From positions 8,370,001 to 8,434,000 of the forward strand of contig NC_087437.1 of NCBI RefSeq assembly GCF_036321535.1: 64,000 nucleotides of DNA, given 5' to 3'. Below, one piece after another: positions 13,681 through 26,064 of the stretch (position 1 is its first letter; every line of letters begins with the position of its first letter). This stretch comes from Camelus dromedarius (Eukaryota). A model generated the notes under the pieces. The model made no database searches. It worked only from the letters and a program-made list of their open reading frames with translations, and was not told the DNA's origin. The position numbers and the translations under genes are program-made.

Positions 13681-13821
13681 AAAAACACCTTTATTATATA
13701 ATTCCTGTACAGTAAACTATACATATTTGAGATCAACAATTTGATGAGGTTTGATAGATGTACACATCAATGAAGCCACTACCACAATCAAAATAGCTAA
13801 CATTTCCATCAATCCCCAAGA

Positions 13822-14693
13822 GGTGCAAATCTTGAACTCCCAATTTATCCCTTCCCACCCATTTTATCCTCTGGTAACTGTAAGTTTATTTTCTGTGTCT
13901 GTGAGTCTGTTTCTGTTTTGTAGATACGTTCATTTGTGTCCTTTTTTTTTTTTTTTTTAACATTTCACATATAAGCAATATCATATGGCATTTTTATTTC
14001 TCTTTCTGGCTTACTTCATTTAGAATGATGATCTCTGGTTCCATCTATGTTGTTGTGAATGACATTATTTTATTCTTTTTTTATGGCTGAGTAGTATTCC
14101 ATTGTGTGTGTGTGCGTGCACGTGAGTGCATGTATGTGTGTTATACACCTTCTTTATCCAGTTATCTGTTGATGGACATTTGGGTTGTTTCCATGTCTTG
14201 GCTATTGTATAAGTGCTGCTATGAACATTTGGGTACATGTGTCTTCTCCAATTATATTTTCCTCCAGATATATGCCCAGGAGTGGGATTGCTGGATCATA
14301 TGGTAAGTCTTCTTTTAGTTTTTTAAGGAATCTCCATACTGTCCTCCATAGTGGCTGCACCAATTTACATTCCCACCAACGGTGCAGGAGGGTCCCTTTA
14401 TCTCCACACCTCTCCAGCAGTTATTGTTTGTGGACTTTTTAATGATGGCCATTCTGACTGGTATGAGGTGATATCTCACTGTAGTTTTGATTTGCATTTC
14501 TCTAATAATTAGTGACGTTGAGCATCTTTTCATGTGCTTGTTGGCCATCTGGATGTCTTCTTTGGAGAAATGTCTGTTTAGGTATTCTGCCCATTTTTTG
14601 ATTGGGTTGCTTGTTTTTTGGATATTAAGCTGTATGAGCTGTTAGTATGTTTTGGAAATTAGTCCCTTATCAATTGCATAATTTGCAAATATT
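13822..14693 (-). mobile_element. L1 ORF2 end and 3'UTR
   Basis: Minus ORF 14315-14548 [28 protein letters not shown]... is the L1 ORF2 C-terminal region. Adjoins an older L1 3' end at ~13690-13820. Confidence 0.9.
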
Positions 14694-14789
14694 ATTTATT
14701 TATTTTTTAAAATGGAGGTACTAGGGATTGAGCCCAGGACGTCGTGAATGCTAAGCATGCACTCTGCCACTGAGCTATACCCTTCCCCC
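14694..14789 (-). mobile_element. tRNA-Ala-derived SINE (vic-1-like)
   Basis: tggaggtactagggattgagcccagg...tgagctatacccttcccc, with aatatt duplicated on both sides. Confidence 0.88.
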
Positions 14790-14797
14790 AATATTCT

Positions 14798-15389
14798 TGT
14801 TCCTGTATTTAGGTCTGGCTGATCCACACTCAAAAAACAATACCAAAGGGGCAAGTGTTGGTAGAAAGGAAAGTTACTTTTAATCAGAAAGCTGGCAATT
14901 TGGGGAGAAGGTGGACTTATGTCCTCCTAAAACCAACTCAGAAGATTCTGTTCAGCCATGAATGTTTTTAAAAAGAAAAGGGGAAGTAATTTCAGTTAAG
15001 CATGCAGACAAGGGGTCAGAGTCATTGCCATCCCTCACTATATGTAGGCTTGCTGACTTCTTGTGATCTTTCTTTAGATGCTATCTTGTTCACAATCTGT
15101 TCACATAGTTTGTTTGCGAGATTAGAGTAAGCTAGGGGAGAGATCTGGTCATGTGTTAATTACTTATTCTTCATTTCTACTTCTTTGATTTATGGAAACA
15201 ACCAACAGGTTAGGCAAAGTATTGTGTGATCAAAAGATTTGAAAGGTGTGCTCTGGCCAGAGATAAGTAGGGCATGGGGTGCCTGGTTTAAGATTAGTGA
15301 CAATATAGCTTCGCTAAAGTGACCAGAGAAAGGGGTTTTCTGCTGAGGGTGGTTTCCTGCAAAGAGCTGCTTCTCTTTTTTTGATTACA
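14798..15389 (-). mobile_element. ERV1-type solo LTR
   Basis: TGT...ACA termini, tttaat (ATTAAA on minus) at ~14880. Similar in layout to the LTR at 60.5-61.2 kb. TSD not resolved. Confidence 0.7.
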
Positions 15390-16484
15390 CCAGAAAAATA
15401 TTCACATACTATTATTTGATTTAATTTTCCAATTGAAAAGTTTCAATAAAAATATTTTGTTTCCTTGGACCTCATCTTTTTTCTTGACTTCATAACTGAA
15501 CCCGAGAAGGCCAAGTACATAAATTATCATACCCCCTTTAACCCAGCCCAAATGTATACTGTGAGGGATGAACTCAAGCCAATGTTGTTTTGAAGTTGGT
15601 CAAGAATAAGTTCTAAATAAAGGTGAAAATGAAATTTTTTTTATAGAAATATGTTGCTAGAGAGTGAGCAGAAAATCTGAAATCTCAAGCATCTGGGATC
15701 ATGTCATATTCAAAAATTAAAAAATTGCTCTGTTTGTTCTATATAAAAGCTGAAAAAAATAGTGAGAAGAGAATAGAAAAATAAGTCAGAAGAAGTGGAC
15801 AGAGGACGGCAAATACAGAGTAAATATCAAAGGTCCTGAGAGTTTCAGAGATGCGGGGATTATGTGCTCAAGTTTTCTGATAGCCATGAAAGGGAGGTTT
15901 CTGACATGTTAAAATGTCAGAAAGTGGAAAAGCCAAAATGTAATTTAGATTTTAGTATTTGGTCATGGTAACATGTGTCATTTTAAAACCACTTCAACCA
16001 TGGGACAGACAGCTGTGAAAAGGTAAGCTAAGTATTACTGGACACCATTGTTTTTAGCTGGGGTTATTCTGAAGATGCGTAAGCTTATGTAGTTGGACTC
16101 TGAGGAGGCTTTTGGTTTGAAGTAGAATGATAAAGTGAGCCACAACAAAGTAAGTTGTAGTCTACAAAACTGTAAAGTTTGAACGTATACAAACAGCAGA
16201 GTGATCATAATATTTCAATGCATACTTTCAATTTATATAGCAAACTATTTTGATTGCAATGATATCCTTATGAAGATATCGTCCATCTTCCTGGGAACAT
16301 CAAACATAACCAGGAATGCTGTGCTAACTTTCACAGATGAAATGCAGAGCTGAACGTGACTTGAAAAGTTAAAATAAAGGAAAACATTGACAGATCTATA
16401 AAATATTGACTAACTTGTGTTATATGATGAAAAGCCTCAGAAAGAGTAGCTATACAGATTCTCTGTGAAATCCAAGGCAACTGA

Positions 16485-16660
16485 AACAATATAACACAGT
16501 GATGAGTAAGAGCATGAACTGTGGACCGAAATAGAACTGGGTTCGAATACTTGTCTGCCGTACCCAGCATGGATGACATCGGGCCAGTTGTTCAAACATT
16601 CTTTATCTCAGCTTTCGTAAACTTGTGAAAATAAAATGAGTATCTAATCAAAATCTGTAG
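16485..16660 (+). mobile_element. MIR SINE
   Basis: agagcatgaactgtgg...ctgggttcgaatac...tctcagctttcgtaaacttgtgaaaat. Confidence 0.65.
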
Positions 16661-17579
16661 CCCTAGTACAATGATTTTTTTTTTTTTAGATTTGATGCCA
16701 AAAGCAAATGCAACAAAAGCAAAAATAAACAAACTGAAGAACTCTGTGCAGCTAAGGAAATCACCCACAGAGTGAAAGACCCACCTATGGAATGGGAGGA
16801 AAGATTTGCTAGTCATATATCCGATAAGGGGTTAATATCTAAAATATATAGAGAGCTTGCAACTCAATAGGAAAAAAAGCCAAAAATGATTTAAAAATGA
16901 GTAGAAGTGCAGGCAGAGAGCTTTTGGTGATGCTGGTGCCCAGGCAGAGAGCCTGGTGGTAGCTTTCCTGAGAACTGTCTGAGCTGGCTTCCTGGTGGAA
17001 CCAGGAGCGGAGGTGGAGAGGGAGGGTGGAGTCCAGCCCCTGCCTCGCCCCACCTTCCCCGAACTGTGGGATGACTTCGCACCAGCCTCAGCCTCTAGAG
17101 GTGGGGGTGGGGAGATGGGGGAGCAGGGGGATGCTCGCCCAGCCTCCTGATGGTCCGTAAGGAAAACCTACCCTTTGCAGGCATTTCCCTGCTGTCTTTC
17201 ACTTTGGAAGGAAAGAGTGTGTCCTGGGGGCCAGCAGGCCAGCCTCTTTAGTCTATCTCCCTACCCACCCCCTACTCCCACCCCAGCCTTCAGAGCAACC
17301 CAGGCTGGCTACCACCCAGTGCTTGAACGCTCACATTGCTCGTGAAGAAGGACGGTGGACACTGACCACGTGGGAAGTCAAGGTAGCGTGCAGTTTGCAC
17401 GACATGGGGAACCTGGGTTCAGAAGAAAACACTTTAGACCTGAGGTATAGACAGAAGTTAATGGATAGAGACACAAGGACCAGGCGGCCTCTGGCCCCGA
17501 CACCTGAGGGGAGGCAGCCCACCAGTGGAGGAGAAATCCTCCAGTTGTGGGTATGCCTGTTGGTTTGCAGCATATTGGG

Positions 17580-17603
17580 GTGTGTGTGTGTGTGTGTGTG
17601 TGT
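17580..17603. repeat. (GT)n microsatellite
   Basis: About 12 GT units seen directly. Confidence 0.95.
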
Positions 17604-18736
17604 ATGATGCTTGTGATTTAAGGGAGAGATAGCTGGAATCCAATATACGTAACTCTGTACACTAACCCGAAGTGATGTTTTTAATTTAACAGATGTATCC
17701 GGGGAGTACAGTTTCTGTAGCTTTGTTGTAAATTATTTCCAGTGCTGTAAGAATGTCTTTGGAAAATATAGTTCAGTTTTGTTAGGGTGTTCCCAACTTC
17801 AGGCTTCTGTGGTCTCCGTACAAGTCTTAGATTAGCAAGCACTTGGTGCATGACATCAAAGCCAGGCTTGAAGTGACTCTGAGACCGACGCTTCTTGGTT
17901 GATTGCTGGTGGAGATGTCCTCTTGTGACTGCAGGTAAAGCCTGAGGAAGGTGGCAATTGATGACTCCCCTGAGAACCACTAAAATGCCCCCAAGGGTAT
18001 CTGTTGTTCACCTTCTGGATGGCAGGTTTTATATAAAGGACTCCTGGTTCCAAGAGGCCAGAGCATGTCTTCTGAACACTGCAGTCGCAGCCTTCCACTG
18101 GAAAAGCATTTCAAAGCACAATGGCCAGTGGGCAGACTGGGCTGTTTCCTGTTGCACGAGGAAATCTCAAGTTAGATCTCTGTGCTGCTCACCTCAGTTC
18201 ACACCTGACCCCTGTATCATTGAATGCCCAATCATGTTCAATTACCACATGAGTCTAGCATCTCAATACATCTCTTTTTATATTAAAAATAGGCAAACAA
18301 CAAACATTTTTTCAAAGAAGACATACAAATGGCTATCAGGTATGTGAAAATTTGCTCAACATCACTAATCATCAGGGAAATACAAATCAAAACCATAATG
18401 AGATACTGCCTCGCACCTGTAAAAATGGCTATTATAAAAGAGACAAGAAATAACAAGTAGTGGTAAGAATGTGGAGAAGAGGGAACACTGATGCACTGTG
18501 GGTAAGATGTAAATTGGGGCAACTACTATGGAAAACAGTAGGGAGTTTCCTTAAAAAGTTAGAAGTAGAACTATCATAAGATTCAGCAGTTCTATTTCTA
18601 GGTAATTACCTGAAGGAAACAAAATCTCTATCTGGAAAAGATACCTGCACCCCCATAGTCATTGCAGCATTGTTTGCAATAGCCAAGACATGGAAACAAT
18701 CTAAGTGCCCATCATTGGATGAATGGATAAAGGATA

Positions 18737-18744
18737 TCTATCTA

Positions 18745-18805
<61 letters not shown>
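18737..18805. repeat. (TCTA)n microsatellite inside L1
   Basis: About 17 TCTA units seen directly. Confidence 0.95.
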
Positions 18806-20149
18806 CACATTGTCTTTATCCATATCCATATGGAATACTAGTCAGCCATAAAAATAAGAAAATCCTGCCACTTGCAAAAACATTCATGGACCTTGAGGGC
18901 ATTATGCTAAGTGAGGTAAGTCAGACAGAGTGAGATAAATACTTCATGATCTCAAATACTGTATGATCTCACTTCTGTGTGGAATCTAAAAAAATCCTAA
19001 ATCCACGGACAGAAAGAACAGATTAATGATTGCCAGAGGCAGGGAATAAGGGGTGGGCAAAATAGGTGAAGGTAATTGAAAGGTACAAAGTTCCAGTTGT
19101 AATATAAATGTATCCTTGGGATGTAATGGACAGCATGGTGATTACAGTTAACAATACTGTGTTGTATGTTTGAAAGTTGCTAAGAGAGTAGATTTAAAAC
19201 ATCGTCATCACAAGAAAAAGGTTTATGTGCGGCGATGGATGTTAACTAAACTTATCGGGGCAATTATTTCACAATGTATTTGTATAGCAAATCAGTGTGT
19301 TGTACATCTTAAGCTTATATCATGTTGTATGTCAATTGTATCTTCAAAGAGGTAAAAATCATAGGTCTCATAAAAATATAAAATAAACACATGTTAAAGA
19401 TTTTATTTATCTCCCTAAATAATGAGGGAGTCAGTGAGATATCAACACTGATTGAAAAGAGAATTAAAACCCATGTGGATATAAGCAATGAGGAGTTGTG
19501 AGATGAATTTACAAATAGATGCAAAATTGGTCAGCATCAAAAGGAGAATTATCAACTGCATCTTCACTGGACATAATTCATCTGCATTTGTATAGGCAAG
19601 AAACATTTCCATAACCATCAGCTCTCTACAACTTACAGCTGAAAAATAACCCAAACACAGTGATAGATCTATCTCCGTGGCCATGCTAGTCAGGATTGCT
19701 CACAATCCTTCGTTTTTTGACCGTAGTAACTTCCTTCACAATGGTTGCTGACTAATTTTATGTGTTAAGTGGTATAATTAATTTAATTTTGTGAAATATA
19801 ACATCTGAAGGGAGGAAAGACAGAAAATAAAACTTGAGATTTTTGGTGGGGCTACGTTGTGCTAAATCGCAGATTTTATCCTGAGGGTGATAGAGGAACC
19901 ACTGAAGGACTTATGTGGAAGACTTGACCACACTTTCCTTGCTTTTTTGTGATTAAAACAGCAATTTCTACTCTAAGAGAGATGGTTCTAGTAGAGTATT
20001 TGAGGTCAACTGTGAAGTTCTCTTGGGGTCTGCATTTCAGCAGGGTGCATGGGAGATGAGGTGGCCATCTGTAAGGGTGCTCAGTGTTGGAAGCACATCA
20101 ATACCCAATAATTAAGCAAGACTTGATTTTAAAAAACCACCAAAACTAC

Positions 20150-20652
20150 TGTATTAATTATCTGTTACTGTATTACAAGTTACCCCTAGACCTAGTGGCT
20201 TAAAACAGCATTAAGTATTTTTCTGTCTCACTCTTCCTGTGGGTCGAGAATTCAGGAGTCATTTAGCTGGGATGTTTCAACTTGGCCTCTCACGACCAAG
20301 TTGGCTGGCTCTGTAGTTATGAGAAGCTTGACCGGGGCTGAAGGATTACCTTCAAGGTGGCTTGCTCATAAGGCTGGCGGGCCTCAGTTTCTCTCTACGT
20401 GGGTTTTTCCACAAAGCTGCTTGAGTGCCCTTATTACATGGTGGCTGACTTCCCCCAGAGGGAGTAACCCAAGGCAGAAAGAGAGCCAGGTAGAAGCCAT
20501 CCTTTCTATGACTTGGCCACAGAATTAACATGGTGTTATTTCTACAACATTCTGTCATAAGCAAGTCACCACGTACAAGTGGTGGAGAATTAGGCTCTAA
20601 CTTTTGAAGGGAGGCGTTTCAGTGAAATTACTAACATTTTAAATCCGCCACA
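20150..20652 (-). mobile_element. MaLR LTR (MLT1-type)
   Basis: tgtattaattatctgttactgta...ttacccctagacctagtggcttaaaacagc...tttaaatccgccaca. Confidence 0.8.
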
Positions 20653-20762
20653 GGTTTGATTAACCTTAAGTCCTCCTTACCAGGTATTTTACTGACACAA
20701 CTGGCTCATCTCCATATTTAGATTAATTTCTATTTGAGCAAAGCATACAGGTTGCCATTTCA

Positions 20763-20925
20763 GCATATTTTTAAAATTTTATTTTATATTTAATTTTATT
20801 TATTTTTTACTTTTGGGGGGAAGGTAATTAGGTTTATTTATTATTGTAATGGAGGTACTGGGGATTGAACCCAGGACCTCATGCATGCTAAGCACACGCT
20901 CTACCACTGAGCTATACCCTCCCAC
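20763..20925 (-). mobile_element. tRNA-Ala-derived SINE (vic-1-like), full length
   Basis: Complete head and tail. 15-bp TSD caggttgccatttca (20748-20762) / caggttgctatttca (20926-20940). Confidence 0.93.
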
Positions 20926-22489
20926 CAGGTTGCTATTTCAAATTGCTTCCCACTGCATGACCATTCTGGGTTGACACAGTTACAAGTTCTATTTATATTA
21001 CTGCACCCAAATAGAGCAACTTCCACTTTGTGCTTGTCCATATCAACGTACGAGAGCAGGCTGCCCTCTTTACAGAAGTGACAGGTTTATGTACACCAAG
21101 CTGAAATTCCAAGCGCACTGGAGGTTTTCAGCTGCACCTAGGCCCCTTTGCACACTAAAATCCCAGAACATCTATTCAGATTCACATATTTATCTTTTTC
21201 ATTTCACATTAAAACTATGGCTGCCATATAACTTGTAACATATGTCTCTGTGAGATAATGAATGAACATGCTTGGGTTTAGAAGGTCATTTCTGGATTTG
21301 GCCTAAGTAGCTTCCATCTTACTTAAATGTTGATGTTTGCATGTTAACTAGCTCCTACTGACCCTTGTGTACAGGGCTTGTGCAGTTTCACTATGGATGT
21401 CTTCATATTCACTTACAGGAAAAATACCTTTTTTTGGAGAGAAGCTGCATTTGTTTAACATGCAGAGTTGTTGCAAGCAGAGGGCAGAAAAGTTACCCTT
21501 TAACTGTTCTTAGGGGAATGTAGCTAGGCAGTATTATCTGTCGTTTCACCTCCTGTGTAGAGCCTTGATGACAGGACCCTATGAGCTTGTTGACAGCAGT
21601 TTCCTACTAAGAAACAACCCCCTATACCACGTTTATTGTTGACTGAGAACAGTCCTCAAGCGGTAAGTTCCAGCACTCTGGGGCACCTCTAATTATCTGA
21701 AAGTAGATGGCAAAATTCTTAATCTGGTCTCCAAAACAAAAACCTATCTTCACCTTATTAAAATATGCAGAACCAATAATTAATTTCAAGGAAGGATGAT
21801 GTAGAGGGAGTGGTTATTTCGAAATTGAAGAAAGAATAGCTGATCAACTCCTAAACTTGGTAATCAGAGCAAAGGACAAGCAGACTCTTTGAAAGTATTT
21901 AGATCCCAGGCCTTGGCCATCTTGGTCTCTGACCTGCCTTTTTGTGTGTTTTCTGGAAGCTGCTAACCTAGCCTGACCTACCCTGACCAGAAAACCAGAA
22001 GTAGCTCTATGTGTCCTCTGTTAATATGAGAGTAAGGAGCTTTGTTTAATCATTTTGGTTAATGTTGGTGTATTGGGCAGGTGTGAGGTTGTTTGATTGA
22101 ATTTTGCAACGCAATGGAAATAACCCTGGAATGTCCCTGAACTTCTGTGTCTGGAAAACGGGCAACTGCACGGCAGAAACCGAGCTGAACTTGCCTTTGT
22201 ACTCACGAGGGAGCATGCTTGTTGAGATATAATATTAAATGCCCCTTACACAGTTTTATAAATAGATACTGATGTAGGGGTTTGATTTTTAAAGATGTAT
22301 CTATTTCTGCGTATATTACAAACTTAAAACCTACCCTCTGCCATATTTATGACCTCATTTAAACATGAATCTAAGCAGATATGGCCCCGCTGATTGATTC
22401 TGTATGTTCCCATTGGCATTGCTGATGGTATTTAGAGAGAAGACAGTTCCAAAGAATATGCCTAAGGAAATATGTATTTATTAACCATG

Positions 22490-22629
22490 TTTTTTGTTTT
22501 GTTTGTTTTATGAGGGGGAGGTAATTAGGTTTATTTATTTATTTCTATTTGGAGGAAGTGCTGGGGATTGAACCCAGGACCTTGTGCATGCTAAGCATGC
22601 ACTCTACCACTTGAGCTATACCCTCCCCC
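22490..22629 (-). mobile_element. tRNA-Ala-derived SINE (vic-1-like)
   Basis: ggaggtaattaggtttatt...ctggggattgaacccaggaccttgtgcatgctaagcatgc...gagctataccctcccc. Confidence 0.9.
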
Positions 22630-23189
22630 TTCCTTTTTTTTCTGGAAACCTTGTGTATTAACATTTCCTAGCCTACCTTTGGTTTTTTGAGAGGTTCTGA
22701 GAACTCCCATCCTCACAATAAAATGGCTCCCCTAATGCTCTCTGAAATCCCCCTAAATAACTTCTCCTTTCAAGGTCTTTTATTTTGTTATTGATGAAGT
22801 TATTTAGATATCCAGGTAATGCCTAAGAGTTTTTCAGCTTGTCTGCATAATCCAGGATTGCCCAGGGATTTAAGGAAACGGGATTTGCAACATCAACTTT
22901 TCAGTGTAAAAGAAGAGGTTATAAAGCAACATCACACAAAATACCTTTAAATATAGGATGCTGGAGGACCTAAGACTGTCCATATGCCAGAGTTCCAGAA
23001 GTGCTCTTTCCACCATTCAGTGCATGAAATGTTGGTGGATACTATGCTGAGCACAGCGGGAACTGGGTTTTGAGCAGGTAGCTCTGCCTAGAATCTTTCC
23101 ACTTCAGTCTTTGCGTGAGAGCTCATGGACGATGCTATTCTGGGTAGTCAAGCCATATTGATTGGGCCACTGTAGGCACAGAGAGAGGA

Positions 23190-23750
23190 CAGACCACATT
23201 TCGTTTATCCATTCACCAATTAATGCATTTTTTTCCAGCTTAAGGTTCTTATCCATAATGCTGTTGTGAACATCAGTATACAAATCCTTCTTGCCTTTTA
23301 TTTTTGTTGTGAACTTTTTATCGTGGCACATTTCAACCACATAAAAAGTAGACCAAACAGCACGATGAATCCTTCCATGTCTACCATCCAGAGCTGACAA
23401 CTCTTAATTTATGGCCGATCTATGTTCTCCTCTACTCGCCCCCCCACCCCTGCTTTCACCATAATTGTATTATTTTGAAGCAATTCTCTGATGTCCTATA
23501 CCCCATCGATTAATATCTCAGTAAATAGCTCTAAAAGATAAGCCCCTCTTTTAAAAAATGAAACTATAATACCATTACCATACTGATGAAATAGCACTGA
23601 TTCCTTAAATTCCTGTATCTAAATTTCAATTAGATATCTCCACTTTTTACGTTTACAGTTTTCATGTTAATATCATACATTTTAAAGTTTGTTTGAATTA
23701 GTATCCAAAGAAGTCCTTCATACTGTACTTGACTGAATTAAATATTCTGC
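23190..23750 (-). mobile_element. Old L1 (L1MC/L1ME-type) fragments
   Basis: tttatccattcaccaattaatg...gctgttgtgaacatc and tattttgaagcaattctctgatgtcc...aaatagctctaaaagataag motifs. Confidence 0.55.
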
Positions 23751-23800
23751 CTATTCAAAAATTTTTTAAAAACATTAAAAAAATTGAAGTATAGTTGATT

Positions 23801-25404
23801 TTTTTAAACATTTTTATTGAGTTATAGTCATTTTACAATGTTGTGTCAAATTCCAGTGTAGAGCACAATTTTTCAGTTATACATGAACATATATATATTC
23901 ATTGTCACATTTTTTTTTTCGCTGTGAGCTACCATAAGATCTTGTATATATTTCCCTGTGCTACACAGTAAAATCTTGTTTATCTATTCTACATTTTGAA
24001 ATCCCAGTCTGTCCCTTCCCACCCCCTGCCCCCTTGGCAACCACAAGTTTGTATTCCATGTCTATGAGTCTGTTTCTGTTTTGTATGTATGTATGTATGT
24101 ATGTATTTATTTATTTATTTATATTCCACATATGAGCGATCTCATATGGTATTTTTCTTTCTTCTTCTGGCTTACTTCACTTAGAGTGACATTCTCCAGG
24201 AGCATCCATGTTGCTGCAAATGGTGTTATGTTGTCGGTTTTTATGGCTGAGTAGTATTCCATTGTATAAATATACCACTTCTTCTTTATTCAGTCATCTG
24301 TTGATGGACATTTAGGCTGTTTCCATGTCTTGGCTATTGTAAATAGTGCTTCTATGAACATTGGGGTGCAGGTGTCATTTTGAAGCAGGATGACTTCTGG
24401 ATATATGCCCAGGAGCAGGATTCCTGGGTCATACGGTAAGTCTATTCCTAGTCCTTTGAGGAATCTCCATACTGTTTTCCACAGTGGCTGCACCAAACTA
24501 CATTTCCACCAGCAGTGAAGGAGGGTTACCTTTTCTCCGCAGCCTCCCCAGCATTTGTCATTTGTGGACTTTTGAATGATGGCCATTCTGACTGGTATGA
24601 GGTGATACCTCATTGTAGTTTTGATTTGCATTTTTCTGATAACAGGTGATACTGAGCATTTTTTCATGTGCCTATTGATCATAATAAAATTTATATGGAA
24701 CCACAAAAGACCTAGAATTGCCAAAGCATTACTGAAGAAAAAGAAAGAGGCTGGAGGAATAACTCTCCCAGACTTCAGACAATACTATAGAGCTACAGTC
24801 ATCAAGACAGCATGGTATTGGTACAAAAACAGACATATGGACCAGTGGAACAGAATAGAGAGCCCAGAAATGAACCCACGAACTTTTGGTCAACTAATCT
24901 TCGACAAGGAAGGCAAGAATATACAGTGGAATAAAGACAGTCTCTTCAACAAATGGTGTTGTGAAAACTGGACAGCAGCATGTAAATCAGTGAAGCTAGA
25001 ACACTCCCTTACACCATACACAAAAATACACTCAAAATAGATCAAAGACTTAAACAAAAGACAAAGTACAATAAACCTCCTAGAAGAAAATATAGGCAAA
25101 ATGTTATCTGACATACATCTCAAAAATGTTCTCCTAGAACAGTCTACCCAAGCAATAGAAATAAAAGCAAGAATAAACAAATGGGACCTAATTAAACTTA
25201 CAAGCTTCTGCACAGCAAAGGAAACCATAAATAAAACAAAAATGACAACCTACGGAATGGGAGAAAATTTTTGCAAATGAAACTGACAAAGGCTTGATCT
25301 CCAGAATATATATGCAGTTCATACGACTTAATAAGAAGAAAACAAACAACCCAATCCAAAAATGGGCAGAAGACCTAAACAAGCAATTCTCCAAGGAAGA
25401 AATA
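23801..25404 (-). mobile_element. Young L1 insertion with 5' inversion (twin priming)
   Basis: 23801-24682 is the L1 3' end on minus. ~24680-25404 is the immediately upstream ORF2 on plus ([36 protein letters not shown]...). Confidence 0.92.
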
Positions 25405-26064
25405 TTTACATCTTTTTAAATGTAGCATTGGGGATTAAAATTTAGTCACACTTGATACACTTCCATCTTAATATTAGATACATATATAATAATTTATATT
25501 TTGACTCTGTACCTACTTCTATGTCTCCAGAGCAGCTGAGCATACTGAGCACAACTCAGATGGCCACCAGCACCCTCCCCGCCCAGCACGCTCTCATGGG
25601 CCTCCTTTTAGTAGGAGAGAGGAAGAACTGTGCAGCAAACTGAGGATGGAGTAGAGGAGGCAGTGCACAGAATATCCTGACATACTGCCAAATCAAAACT
25701 GCTTTCCAAGGAGCACAAGACATTTTAAGGGGCTGGAACTATTCTATGCCATGATTGTGGAGCTGGCTACATTTGTCAAAGCTCATAGAACTGTACATTT
25801 AAAAAGATGAATTCTCTGTATATGAACTCTACCTATAGAAAATCGTAATTCTAACTTGCTTTTAAAAAATGTGGCTGTGATAATCTATATATTTTCCTCT
25901 TTATATTCCAATTATTTGTGGTGGTTTAATACAAAAAATTATTATGAAAATGCTTGAATTTAGGGAAAAAAATACATCCCTAACTCTTACTTGATTATGG
26001 TGACTTTATGACTTAGGTCAATTTCTCTCTGTTTATAATATGAAAACTTGAGTTAGGCAAGGCC

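Larger units (their letters stand above)
16688..19350 (+). mobile_element. L1 (ORF2 end and 3'UTR) split by a 1.4-kb insertion at ~16908-18282
   Basis: 16688-16907 and 18283-19350 are colinear L1 sequence (...caactcaata...ttaaaaatg / ...ttcaaagaagacatacaaatggc...). ORF 18670 [20 protein letters not shown] is L1 ORF2. Confidence 0.88.

Noticed and set aside
20850..20923. tRNA-Ala-like sequences
   Set aside because: They carry a SINE tail, TSDs and divergent stems, and are dispersed. These are SINEs, not tRNA genes.
21590..21667. Possible exon ending gcg|gtaagt
   Set aside because: An isolated splice motif with no open frame or partner exons; expected by chance in 64 kb.
24290..25394. 139-144 aa ORFs as host genes
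   Set aside because: These are L1 ORF2 fragments and their antisense frames, chimeric across the inversion junction.
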